Source of the DNA: a candidate division WWE3 bacterium
GTDB taxonomy: Bacteria > Patescibacteriota > WWE3 > UBA101185 > UBA10185
DNA: 64,000 bases
Assembly: GCA_014729135.1 (NCBI GenBank)
Contig: WJKK01000001.1
Coordinates: 455,599 to 519,598, forward strand
Direction: 5' to 3'
Position numbers and translations under genes: made by a program. Positions 1 to 9,195 of the stretch are shown in pieces. The notes under the pieces are model-generated. The model ran no database searches and was not told the DNA's origin. It was given only the letters and a program-made list of their open reading frames with translations. Every line of letters begins with the position of its first letter. The first letter of the stretch is position 1.

Positions 1-1
1 T

Positions 2-157
2 TTGCTTCTGGGAGTTTTTCTACAGGCAGTGCTTATTTGGTTTTTCCATGATTCCATTTTGCAAGTGGTAAATATTAACGTGCTGGTAACAGGACTGGTA
101 CTTTTAGGCTTGATTTTGTATTATAAGCTTATGAATTTTAAAAAGGATTTGTTTTAA
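2..157 (+). CDS. C-terminal end of a Wzx-like oligosaccharide flippase (partial, runs off window start)
   Basis: Open frame LLLGVFLQAVLIWFFHDSILQVVNINVLVTGLVLLGLILYY...* with two hydrophobic helices and an FH.SI.QVV pattern typical of flippase C-termini. Not in the ORF track. Confidence 0.55.
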   Translation: MLLGVFLQAVLIWFFHDSILQVVNINVLVTGLVLLGLILYYKLMNFKKDLF

Positions 158-391
158 ATGGGCTTTTCTTTGTCTGGTGCAATTCGCGAACGCCGTGCTG
201 CTCAAGAGCAACGTGCTCGTGAGGAAGAGTTAAAAAGAATTGCTGCTGCAGGAGGTTTTTCTAAAGATGAGGCTCAGAAAAGACTCGATGCTCTTCCCGA
301 GGAGGAGGCGCGTGGATATGTACCTACAGGAGATATTGAGAAGCAGCAGAAGAAAGATAGGCAGGAACGTTCAGATCCTTTGTATAACTAG
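158..391 (+). CDS. small charged hypothetical protein
   Basis: 77 aa. ATG directly follows the previous TAA, consistent with translational coupling. Helical R/E/K-rich sequence. Confidence 0.6.
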   Translation: MGFSLSGAIRERRAAQEQRAREEELKRIAAAGGFSKDEAQKRLDALPEEEARGYVPTGDIEKQQKKDRQERSDPLYN

Positions 392-420
392 TTAAGGCAA
401 GCTTTATCTTAGTAGAATTA

Positions 421-573
421 TTAGTTTTTACCTGCTTTTTGCTTGTTAGGTCTTTTTAATGCCTCTTCAATAGACGCTTTAACTTCGTCGAATTCCTCTT
501 CCAGATCTTCATAAGACTTTTTAAACTTAGGATCTTTAAGTTGTTTTTTTCTCCACTTTTTAAATGAAATCAT
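421..573 (-). CDS. 50-aa protein resembling the N-terminal arm of HigA/XRE-type antitoxins, lacking the HTH
   Basis: MISFKKWRKKQLKDPKFKKSYEDLEEEFDEVKASIEEALKRPNKQKAGKN*. Preceded by TATAAT-ggagtt-ATG. Below the ORF-track cutoff. Confidence 0.55.
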   Translation of the reverse strand: MISFKKWRKKQLKDPKFKKSYEDLEEEFDEVKASIEEALKRPNKQKAGKN

Positions 574-632
574 AACTCCATTATAACTCTCAAATACTGA
601 TGGATTATTAAATCTGCTAAAATGACCCCAGA

Positions 633-1433
633 ATGTTAGTTTCAGTAATCATTCCCACTTACAAAAAGGAAAAAACCATTGCAAAAAACATCGAGCGCAT
701 CCACAAGGTCATGCAAGAAACTCGTTGGGACTTTGAACTCATTATTGTAGACGACGGCTCTCCCGATAACACCTTTAAAGAAGCCAAAAAAGTAAAAAAG
801 AATAACGTTTCAATTGTGGGTTATAAGACAAATCGAGGCAAAGGCTATGCTGTTCGCTACGGCATGGCCCGTGCTAAAGGGGATTATGTGGCTTTTATAG
901 ATGACAGCATGGAAATTGATCCCAATGGAATTTCCATGGTTTTAGAGCACATGCAATGGTATGAAGCCGACATTATTGTAGGCAGCAAAAGGCACCCCGC
1001 TTCAAAAACTAATTTTTCATGGATTCGCCGTTTATACAGTTGGGGCTATCACTTAATTACAAAGTTTTTGTTTAGGGTGCCGGTTAAGGACACTCAAGCA
1101 GGTCTAAAGGTTTTTAAGCGTGAGGTTTTAGAACATGTTTTACCGCGTTTGGTGATTAAGCAATTTGCCTTTGATGTGGAGCTTCTGGCGGTTTCTAAGT
1201 ATTTAGGTTTTAGACGAATCTACGAAGCGCCTGTAAGCATCCATTTAAATGAATCCGACTCCACTTTTGATAAGTTTTTGTTTTTAAGTCCGCATATTAG
1301 AAAGATGCTTCTTGATACTTTAGCCGTTTTTTATCGGATGTACTTGTTGCGCTATTATCATCCGGATTCGAAGCAGTTGTGGGAGTACGACGAGGAGTTG
1401 CAGCTGCGAGTTAATACCGGTGAGCTGGAGTAA
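633..1433 (+). CDS. GT2 glycosyltransferase, polyprenol-phosphate hexosyltransferase (DPM1/ALG5-like)
   Basis: VIIPTY, VDDGSPD, NRGKGYAV, DTQAGLK and FAFDVELL motifs. Confidence 0.9.
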   Translation: MLVSVIIPTYKKEKTIAKNIERIHKVMQETRWDFELIIVDDGSPDNTFKEAKKVKKNNVSIVGYKTNRGKGYAVRYGMARAKGDYVAFIDDSMEIDPNGISMVLEHMQWYEADIIVGSKRHPASKTNFSWIRRLYSWGYHLITKFLFRVPVKDTQAGLKVFKREVLEHVLPRLVIKQFAFDVELLAVSKYLGFRRIYEAPVSIHLNESDSTFDKFLFLSPHIRKMLLDTLAVFYRMYLLRYYHPDSKQLWEYDEELQLRVNTGELE

Positions 1434-1445
1434 TTGATTGAGTTG

Positions 1446-1532
1446 CCGGCGCGTATGTGATTTACAGGGGAGTACGGCACCGGCGAGCGTAGACGTTCTA
1501 CGCCCGCCGGCGATAAGTCCTAGTGCTGCCGG
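1446..1532 (-). repeat. nested-hairpin element E0
   Basis: 14-bp stem 1480-1493/1497-1510, continuous on the minus strand with one G.T pair. Flanked on the minus strand by ACTTAT and CGTA. Short outer stem 1446-1452/1525-1532. Confidence 0.6.
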
Positions 1533-1544
1533 TTGGGAGGTGCT

Positions 1545-1771
1545 TTAGCTGCCCTTTCCCGGTTTATTCGCTCTTTTTTCTTTTCTGGGCGAGTGGGTCT
1601 TTTTTTTCGTAATTCTTTTTGCTTTTTCTTCCCTCGCTCGCTTTTTCATCTCTTCCCCTTTCTCGTTTTTTTCCAAGTCTTCTTTTTTTCCTTTGCTCGA
1701 CTATGTTTGTCGAACTCTTTACGCTGTTTTTCCTTTGCAGCATTATGTTCGGTTTCAGGGTCTTGGGGCAT
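1545..1771 (-). CDS. small K/E-rich protein; 41 aa in frame 0, 75 aa with a -1 shift at A_AAA_AAG
   Basis: Strong SD AAGGAGGTGA before ATG 1771. TGA at 1646-1648. The -1 frame from 1682-1688 stays open to TAA at 1545-1547. Confidence 0.45.
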
Positions 1772-1877
1772 TTCCTCACCTCCTTTTTGTTAGGATGTCA
1801 ACTTGGGCGCATAATAACACAACCTCCCTTAAAAACGCCAAAAAATAAGCCCATAAAAATCTGATAAAATGCACCGG

Positions 1878-2894
1878 ATGACATTTTTTAGCATAGTAAT
1901 TCCCGTTAGAACCATTAACGACTACATAAAAGAAAACATTACCCATCTTAAAAAACTTGATTATCCTTCATTTGAAGTTCTAATAATAACCGATAAAAAA
2001 GAGGATCCTCCAACAAACGACAAACGTTTTAAATTCATCTCAAGTGGTCCTGTAGGTCCCGGTGAAAAAAGAAATCTTGGGGTAAAAAAGGCTCTAGGAA
2101 GTGTTATAGCTTTTCTTGATGATGATGCTTACCCTAAATCCAATTGGCTAAGGGAAGCTGAGCGAATATTTCAGGCAAATCCTACGCTTTATGCCCTGGG
2201 AGCTCCCGCAATTACACCAAAAGATTGTCCGTTAAGAGAGCGCATGTCCGGTCGAATTTATGAGTCTTATTTAACAGGGGGTAATACAACTTATCGTTAT
2301 TTACCTCAACAACAAAGAAAAGTTAGTGACTACCCAACCGTAAATCTCTTTGTAAAAAAAGAAGCCTTTGAAAAAGTCGGTGGTTTTCCTATAGAGTTTT
2401 GGCCCGGTGAAGATACTAAGCTTTGTCTTGATCTTGTGAAACTTCATGGGGCACCTTTCTTGTATGATCCTGCTCCCATTGTTTATCATCATAGGCGCGA
2501 TGTGTTTTTAAAGCATTTAAAGCAAGTTTCTCGATATGGTCAGCATAGAGGACAGTTTGCTCGCATATTTCCTGAAACTTCCAGATTGCCGTTTTATTTT
2601 GTGCCCTCGCTTTTTATTTTAGGGCTGTTTTTCGGGCCTTTAACCTTTTTACTTCATCCAATTTTTAAATTCATTTATTTTTCGGTGGTTTTTATATATT
2701 TGGGTTTACTGCTCTTGGAATCTTTGAAAGTAGGCTTAATGGAGAAAGGTTTGAAAGCCTTTTTTTACATGGCTGTGGGAATTTTTCTAACGCACGTTGT
2801 TTATGGATGGAATTTTATTTGGGGTTATTTAAAGAAGCCTTCACTTAAGCTTAGATCAGTTGACTTAAAAACCGGAAATTATGTCGGCGGTTAG
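1878..2894 (+). CDS. GT2 glycosyltransferase with C-terminal TM helices
   Basis: FSIVIP, FLDDDAYP and GEDTK motifs. Start moved to 1878, 7 nt after TGnTAAAAT. Confidence 0.9.
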   Translation: MTFFSIVIPVRTINDYIKENITHLKKLDYPSFEVLIITDKKEDPPTNDKRFKFISSGPVGPGEKRNLGVKKALGSVIAFLDDDAYPKSNWLREAERIFQANPTLYALGAPAITPKDCPLRERMSGRIYESYLTGGNTTYRYLPQQQRKVSDYPTVNLFVKKEAFEKVGGFPIEFWPGEDTKLCLDLVKLHGAPFLYDPAPIVYHHRRDVFLKHLKQVSRYGQHRGQFARIFPETSRLPFYFVPSLFILGLFFGPLTFLLHPIFKFIYFSVVFIYLGLLLLESLKVGLMEKGLKAFFYMAVGIFLTHVVYGWNFIWGYLKKPSLKLRSVDLKTGNYVGG

Positions 2895-2942
2895 GTAATA
2901 CTGGTACTCGTTCTGAAAAATTAAAGTGGTAGAATAATTTGT

Positions 2943-4535
2943 ATGAAAGTTGCCATAGCCTATCCCCCAATAGAAACCAACAAGGGAGTCCCTCTACTAT
3001 CGCAAAACCGCCAGTTTCAATACTTTAATACACCCACCTACATCTATCCCATGGTTCCGGCATATGCAGCTTCCTTGGCACAAAAGCGTGGTCATGAAGT
3101 CATTTGGATGGATGGGATAGCTTCAGAGCAAACTTATGCTCAATGGCTAGAGCAGCTGGATCAAGAAAGTCCCGATGTTTTAGTTATTGAATCTAAGGCC
3201 CCTGTTATTCGAAAGCATTGGGAAATCATCAAAGAAGTTAAGCAAAAGCATCCCAAGATGATAACGATTTTGGTGGGCGATCATGTTACCTATGATCCTA
3301 AAGAGAGCATGGAAAATAGTGTTGTAGATATGATTATTAGAGGAGGGGATTTTGATTTTGTTTTGGCGGATTTATTGGATGCTATTTCTAGTCAAAATAA
3401 AGAGGCAAAGATCCCGGGAGGAGTATGGCTTCGAAAAGACAAATCATTTTTAGAAATTCCCAAGGAGCAAGGCAACTATGACGGCGAATTTTGGATTTCC
3501 GGGCCAATGGAAATGCACCACAACCTTGATAGTTTACCTTTTATTGATCGCGATCTAACTCAATGGAAGCTTTATGCCTATGAAAACGGTAATTTTAAGT
3601 ACAAACCGGGAACTTATGTTTATTCAGGACGTGATTGCTGGTGGGGAAAGTGCACTTTTTGTATTTGGAATCACAGCCTGTTTCCTCAAGGAACTTATCG
3701 GCACTTTTCTCCTCATCGCCTCTTTGATGAAGTTAAGCACCTGGTAGATAACTACAGAGTTCGCGAAATTTTCGATGATGCTGGCACTATGTTTGTGGGA
3801 GAGGATCTTAAGACCTTTTGCCGCCTGCTGATAGATTCCGGTTATAACAAAAAAGTGGTTTACAGCTGTAACATGCGTCTTAAAGCGCTGGACCAAGAGA
3901 CTTATGATCTAATGGGGGACGCAAACTTCCGCTATATTTTGTACGGTTTTGAATCAGGAAATCAGGAGACTTTGGATCGTATTGATAAGGGTCTGCAGGT
4001 AGAGGAAATTGAACAGGGTCTTCGAATGGCTAAAAATGCAGGTTTAGAGCCCCACATTACTATTATGGTAGGGTATCCGTGGGAAACGGAGGAGATGGCC
4101 CGTAACACTATTAATCTGGCTAAGGAGATGTTTAAAAAAGGTCTTGTAGACACAATGCAGGCAACAATCACGGTTCCTTATCCGGGAACTCCTTTGTACA
4201 AGGAGTGTGTGGAAAAGGATCTTTTGTTGGTGGATCCAAAGGATTATGAGAAGTTTGACATGCGGGGTCCTGTTATGAAGGTGCCTTTTGACGAGTCAAA
4301 GCTGCATGATTTAACGCAGGAGCTTTATACGGTTTTTATGACGCCAAAGTTTATTTTGCGAAAGGTTATGTCGATTCGTTCTTGGGATGATATTGCGTTT
4401 TTTATTATGGCAGGGCGAAAGTTAATGGGTCATTTGTTGGATTTTGATCGCAGCCAGGAAGAGGCTGTTAAAGATCACGCCGGTTTATGGAAAAAGGGCC
4501 TACGAAAGCTAATGGGGAAAAAGCAAAAAGCTTAA
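2943..4535 (+). CDS. cobalamin-binding-domain radical SAM protein
   Basis: N-terminal B12-binding-like Rossmann region; GRDCWWGKCTFC (CX4CX2C), GFESGNQETL, MVGYPWET and PYPGTPL. Confidence 0.9.
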   Translation: MKVAIAYPPIETNKGVPLLSQNRQFQYFNTPTYIYPMVPAYAASLAQKRGHEVIWMDGIASEQTYAQWLEQLDQESPDVLVIESKAPVIRKHWEIIKEVKQKHPKMITILVGDHVTYDPKESMENSVVDMIIRGGDFDFVLADLLDAISSQNKEAKIPGGVWLRKDKSFLEIPKEQGNYDGEFWISGPMEMHHNLDSLPFIDRDLTQWKLYAYENGNFKYKPGTYVYSGRDCWWGKCTFCIWNHSLFPQGTYRHFSPHRLFDEVKHLVDNYRVREIFDDAGTMFVGEDLKTFCRLLIDSGYNKKVVYSCNMRLKALDQETYDLMGDANFRYILYGFESGNQETLDRIDKGLQVEEIEQGLRMAKNAGLEPHITIMVGYPWETEEMARNTINLAKEMFKKGLVDTMQATITVPYPGTPLYKECVEKDLLLVDPKDYEKFDMRGPVMKVPFDESKLHDLTQELYTVFMTPKFILRKVMSIRSWDDIAFFIMAGRKLMGHLLDFDRSQEEAVKDHAGLWKKGLRKLMGKKQKA

Positions 4536-4553
4536 TATTTTGTGTTTTTAAAT

Positions 4554-5036
4554 ATGTCTTACCTTCTTTTTACTGAAATCCTTCACTTTTTGGGAGCTTT
4601 GGCTTTATTTTTACTCTTTCTCCGTTTTTACAAGTGGTATATAGCAGGATTTTCCTTTCTATTTGGTTTTCTAATAGATGTAGATCATCTTTTTGATTAC
4701 TTTTATTTTATGAAATTTTTTAATAGGGGCTTTAACTTACGGGATTTTCTTTCAGCACAGTCTGTTACAACCGGAAAAATTTTTATTCCTTTTCATGGAT
4801 GGGAATGGGTTGTCCTACTGCTTCTCTTAGCATTGCTTTTTAGGGCTCTTCTTAACAGTGGAACTTTAAAAAAGGACTTTTGGAAAATTTTGGCTCAGAT
4901 TCTTTTTGTTGCAGGTACTTCTTTATTTACACATATTTTAACGGATTACTTTACTAACGAGGTGGGTTTTGGGGCCTATTCTTTCTTTTGGCGTTGGAGC
5001 AATGGTTTCTATACATCTTTAATCTGTGGAAAGTAA
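4554..5036 (+). CDS. small membrane protein, YdjM-like putative metal-dependent hydrolase
   Basis: About 4 TM segments with H, DVDH, FHGWE and HILTD residues. Confidence 0.65.
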   Translation: MSYLLFTEILHFLGALALFLLFLRFYKWYIAGFSFLFGFLIDVDHLFDYFYFMKFFNRGFNLRDFLSAQSVTTGKIFIPFHGWEWVVLLLLLALLFRALLNSGTLKKDFWKILAQILFVAGTSLFTHILTDYFTNEVGFGAYSFFWRWSNGFYTSLICGK

Positions 5037-5110
5037 TTTTTACTTGACACAACAAGCAGAAGTGTCCTGAAAGTTTGGTAAAAGTGCAATTTTAATGCAA
5101 TAATGCTTCT

Positions 5111-6013
5111 ATGAGTGGAAATGAAATAGACTTTATAGGTATTGGAGGGTACCGCTGTGCTACTACCTGGATTTCTCGTTGTTTGCAAGAACATCCCGAT
5201 ATTTTATTTTCTGCTCAGAAATCTCAAAAGGAGCTTCACTTCTTTAATGATCAAATAATTTCCGGGCTTTATTACAAGAAAAACCCACGTTATGCAAAAG
5301 GACTAAAATGGTATTTAAAACAATTTCCTAAAGCAAAACCGGGGAAGTTGCGAGGGGAATATTCCGTTAGTTATCTTCCTGACAAAAAAGCTCCCCAAAG
5401 AATTAAAGAGGCATTCTCGAACGTAAAATTGATAGTTTCTTTAAGGAATCCTGTAGATGTTTTATATTCCGGATTTAAGTATTCTCGAGGCGGCATTTTA
5501 TCTGAGGTGGATGAATTTCCTTCAATTTTTGAGAAGGTCCTAGAGAGCAACGATTATCTGGATTTGGGGTTTTATAGTAACCATTTGAAGCGTTATTTTG
5601 ACTTATTTCCTCGAGAAGATGTATTTATAATTATTTATGAAGAAGATATTTTGGAAAAGCCTGCGGAAACGATACAGAATTTATATCGCTTTTTGGGGGT
5701 TGTGGATGATGTTATTCCTCCCACTCTAGAGCAGAGAATAAATAAGTCTTTCCAGGTAAAAATGCCCTATTTGAAGAAGCTAGGGGAAATTGTTTATACT
5801 TATTTGGGTGATTGGAGGATTCCTGTGCTTAACAAGACTATCTTTCAAACTCGGTTTTTTCGGGATCTCTATTCTTTGATAAATAAAAAAGACTCTGCTA
5901 TAGAGGCGATGCGTCCGGAGGTACGTAGCAAGTTAGAAAAGTTTTATCATAAGGATATATCCAGGCTGGAGAATCTCATAGGGCGTGATCTATCTTGTTG
6001 GAGGTCTGACTAG
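5111..6013 (+). CDS. PAPS-dependent sulfotransferase family protein
   Basis: GIGGYRCATTW (5'-PSB-like), KELHFF, GEYSVSY and LRNPVD..YS (3'-PB-like). Confidence 0.85.
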   Translation: MSGNEIDFIGIGGYRCATTWISRCLQEHPDILFSAQKSQKELHFFNDQIISGLYYKKNPRYAKGLKWYLKQFPKAKPGKLRGEYSVSYLPDKKAPQRIKEAFSNVKLIVSLRNPVDVLYSGFKYSRGGILSEVDEFPSIFEKVLESNDYLDLGFYSNHLKRYFDLFPREDVFIIIYEEDILEKPAETIQNLYRFLGVVDDVIPPTLEQRINKSFQVKMPYLKKLGEIVYTYLGDWRIPVLNKTIFQTRFFRDLYSLINKKDSAIEAMRPEVRSKLEKFYHKDISRLENLIGRDLSCWRSD

Positions 6014-6015
6014 AT

Positions 6016-7119
6016 ATGCGGGTTCTTTCTTTTATGAACTCCTATTCTTATGGCCTTTCCGGTAGTGATGTAGTTTTAATTCGCATAGCTCCGCAAGTTT
6101 TTAAGGATTTTAATCAAACTGTTATAACTTCAAGAATGGGGCGTCTTGTTTGTGAGAAAAATGATTTTACTCCAAATTTCATAGTTACAACCAAGGAAGA
6201 AAGGTTTAAAAGTATAATTTGGACTTATATTAAGAGGATTTTTCTTGCTTCCTTGAGCGTACTAAGGGAGCCTATTCCTAATATTTGTTTTGCTTCGTCT
6301 GATTTTTTGCCGGATGTTTTTCCCTGCTTTCTGCTCAAACTTAAAAATCCCGATACTTTATGGGTGCAGCACATTTATCATTCTATACCTAGGCAACGCG
6401 TAATTCCTTTTTTAGCTCAAAGAATAAGCTTTATTCTAATTCGTTTTCTAGCAGATAAAGTGGTTGTGGATAATAAAATTTTAAAGCAGGATCTTATTGA
6501 AATGGGTTTTAAGCCCTCCAGATTATATTTAAATTATCCGGGATTGGATTTTGAGAAGTTTGAAAATTTACCGGAACCCAAGAAAGAATATACCGCTTCT
6601 TTTATTGCCCAATTAAGGCGCTCTAAAGGTGTTTTAGATTTGCCGGAGATTTGGGCTCATGTTGTTAAAGACTTTCCCGATGCAAATTTAGCTATTATTG
6701 GAAGTGGTACTAAGGAACTTCTTGAGGAATTAAAACAAAGGATTCTATTTTTAGATTTGCAGGAGAATATAGATGTTTTAGGGTTCTTGCCTAATAAAGA
6801 GGCCTTTTCCATTATTAAGGATTCGGATGTTTTTGTCTTTCCCAGTTATGAGGAGGGTTTTGGGTTAGCTCCTTTAGAAGCACAGGCGTGTGGTACTCCG
6901 GTGGTGGCTCGGGATCTTCCGGTTTATGAGGAGATTTTCCCGGAGGGTATGGTTAAGGCTTCTTTGGGTGATTATAGGGGTTTTTGGCAGGCGGTTCTTG
7001 AGGTTCTGGTAGATCCAAGACTAGCTGATGATTTAGTTGAAGCATGTCATGTGAACTCCGCACTTTTTAGCTGGTCTAAAACCATTTCTCGAGAGAAGGA
7101 AATATTAGAACTGGCTTGA
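6016..7119 (+). CDS. GT4 glycosyltransferase
   Basis: KG motif and FPSYEEGFGLAPLEAQACGTPVV. Confidence 0.9.
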   Translation: MRVLSFMNSYSYGLSGSDVVLIRIAPQVFKDFNQTVITSRMGRLVCEKNDFTPNFIVTTKEERFKSIIWTYIKRIFLASLSVLREPIPNICFASSDFLPDVFPCFLLKLKNPDTLWVQHIYHSIPRQRVIPFLAQRISFILIRFLADKVVVDNKILKQDLIEMGFKPSRLYLNYPGLDFEKFENLPEPKKEYTASFIAQLRRSKGVLDLPEIWAHVVKDFPDANLAIIGSGTKELLEELKQRILFLDLQENIDVLGFLPNKEAFSIIKDSDVFVFPSYEEGFGLAPLEAQACGTPVVARDLPVYEEIFPEGMVKASLGDYRGFWQAVLEVLVDPRLADDLVEACHVNSALFSWSKTISREKEILELA

Positions 7120-7150
7120 TATAGTTAAGATAAATGGAGACAATAAACAT

Positions 7151-8173
7151 ATGAAATGGCCAAAAGTAACTATAGTAACCCCCACTTTAAATGCTGCTTC
7201 TGTAATGAAGGAGGAGTTAGAGTCAATAGCTAAACAGGATTATCCTAGAGATAAAATTGAAATTGTTGTTGCTGATGGAGGATCTACAGATAATACAAGG
7301 GAATTAGCTAAAGAATATGGTGCCAGAGTTGTTGATAATCCGTTAAAGACGGGCGAAGCAGGTAAGGCTGTTGGTGTTAGGGCGGCAACCGGGGATTTTA
7401 TTGCACTTATTGATTCGGATAACATTTTGCCCACCAAGAATTGGCTAAAGGAAATGATTAAGCCCTTGTTGGAAAATTCTGAAGCAGTTGGAAGCGAACC
7501 TTGGAAATACACATGGCGTGAAGAAGATAGCTTTATTACTCGTTATAGTGCCTTGATTGGTATGAATGATCCGTTTGTTCACTTTTTGGGTAACTACGAT
7601 CGGATGAACTCACTTACCGGAAAATGGACGGAAGTTCCTCATAAGGAAGAGGACAAAGGTGACTACTTGCTGGTAACCTTAGGCAACCGTGGAGTTCCTA
7701 CAATTGGGGCTAACGGGACGGTTTTTCGTGCTGAGTTCTTAAAACAAAACTTAACGGGAGATTACCTTTTTGACATAGACATTATCGCCAAGGCCATTAA
7801 AGAACAGGGGAGTGTTCAGTTTATAAAGACTAAAAATGGCATTATCCACACTTTTTGTGAAGCTAACATAGGTAAATTTGCTCGAAAGCAGAGAAGGCGC
7901 GTAAGAGATTTCTTGTATCACAAAGGAGTTAAGAAAGACCGCGAGTTTGATTGGGAGACCGGAAGTAACTTGGGAATGGTCAAGTTTTTGCTCTCTTGTG
8001 TAACGGTTGTGCCTTTGGTTGTGCAAGCGGTAAAGGGTTATAGCAAAAAGCCTGATTTAGCATGGCTTTTTCATCCTTTAGCCTGTGAAATTACACTTTG
8101 GGAGTATGGGTGGGGTACAGTTAGGAGTCTTTTCAATCGTAGTGAGTTGAGTAGGGAAGGTTGGGGGCAGTGA
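7151..8173 (+). CDS. GT2 glycosyltransferase
   Basis: VTIVTPTLN, ADGGSTD and IDSDN. Confidence 0.9.
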   Translation: MKWPKVTIVTPTLNAASVMKEELESIAKQDYPRDKIEIVVADGGSTDNTRELAKEYGARVVDNPLKTGEAGKAVGVRAATGDFIALIDSDNILPTKNWLKEMIKPLLENSEAVGSEPWKYTWREEDSFITRYSALIGMNDPFVHFLGNYDRMNSLTGKWTEVPHKEEDKGDYLLVTLGNRGVPTIGANGTVFRAEFLKQNLTGDYLFDIDIIAKAIKEQGSVQFIKTKNGIIHTFCEANIGKFARKQRRRVRDFLYHKGVKKDREFDWETGSNLGMVKFLLSCVTVVPLVVQAVKGYSKKPDLAWLFHPLACEITLWEYGWGTVRSLFNRSELSREGWGQ

Positions 8174-9195
8174 AAAGCCGGCCTATTTTTAGCATTCTAA
8201 TTCCCACATACAAAGGTGCAGAAGTTATTGGTGATACTCTGCGCAGTATATTGTCTCAAGATTTTCAAGACTTTGAAATTATTATTAATGAAGATTGTTC
8301 CGGAGATAATATTGAAGAAGTAGTTAAGTCTTTTGACGACTCCAGGATTAAATATTATGAAAACTACGAAAATTTGGGCTATCCAGGAAATCTTGAATCT
8401 GCTCGTAGGAAGGCTTCTGGTGAGTTTCTTTATTTAATGGGCCAGGATGATATTTTAGGGAAAGGCGCTCTGGAGGACACTTATGAAGCATTTCAACTTT
8501 CTGAGGATATTGGAGCGGTTACGCGGCCTTATTTCTGGTTTGATGAGGACATAAATAAGCCCGTCAGAGCAAAAGAGCAACTAAACCCAAGAGAAAATGA
8601 GGTAGTCACACTAGATGACTCTTTGGAACGAATAATAAAAATGTTTTCGACTTTAGACCAGCTTTCAGGTCTCGCTTACCGACGTGAGTTTGTTGATGTT
8701 CCTTTTCACCCGGATATTTTTCCCTGCCATGTTTATCCTTTTGCTTCAATTTTCAAAAGGCATCCGGTTGTTTTTTTAAGTGATTACAATATTGCAGTAA
8801 GAATAGCTACAAGTCAAACCCGCCATGTCTCTTCAATCTACGATAAATCGCCTATTCAAACTTGGGTAGATTTATTTAAGAATATCTATAATGAGGCTAG
8901 GTTTGTGGAGTTTAGAGAAAAGATGATTAGAGAATTTGTTGCAATTAATTATGTTGGTTTAATTCAAATTCGTAATTATGCTAAATACAAATATTTATTG
9001 AGAGAGATTTTTAAGCTAATAGAGTACCGCCCTAAGAACCTTTTCCATCCTGCCTTTTGGTTTTTTTCTTTTGGTACAATAGTCATGCCTCCAAAACTGT
9101 TAATTCCTTTGGTTGATTTTTATAAGAGTAGGGTGAATTCGAGGTTTCTTAAAAATATTAAGTTTGAATATGAATTGGCATGCTTAAATCAGTGA
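8170..9195 (+). CDS. GT2 glycosyltransferase (module copy 1, gene A)
   Basis: FSILIPTY, EDCSGD and MGQDD. GTGA overlap with the previous stop. Confidence 0.9.
   Translation: MKSRPIFSILIPTYKGAEVIGDTLRSILSQDFQDFEIIINEDCSGDNIEEVVKSFDDSRIKYYENYENLGYPGNLESARRKASGEFLYLMGQDDILGKGALEDTYEAFQLSEDIGAVTRPYFWFDEDINKPVRAKEQLNPRENEVVTLDDSLERIIKMFSTLDQLSGLAYRREFVDVPFHPDIFPCHVYPFASIFKRHPVVFLSDYNIAVRIATSQTRHVSSIYDKSPIQTWVDLFKNIYNEARFVEFREKMIREFVAINYVGLIQIRNYAKYKYLLREIFKLIEYRPKNLFHPAFWFFSFGTIVMPPKLLIPLVDFYKSRVNSRFLKNIKFEYELACLNQ

Noticed and set aside
1646-1648. TGA read-through (genetic code 25 or selenocysteine)
   Set aside because: TGA is an ordinary stop for intact genes here (7119, 8173, 12077, 17541), and long genes lack internal TGA.
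1533-1864. F/S/L-rich plus-strand ORFs 1533-1793 and 1619-1864, and minus ORF 1564-1779
   Set aside because: Shadows of the purine-rich minus-strand gene. The SD points to ATG 1771; the GTG at 1779 lies within the SD.
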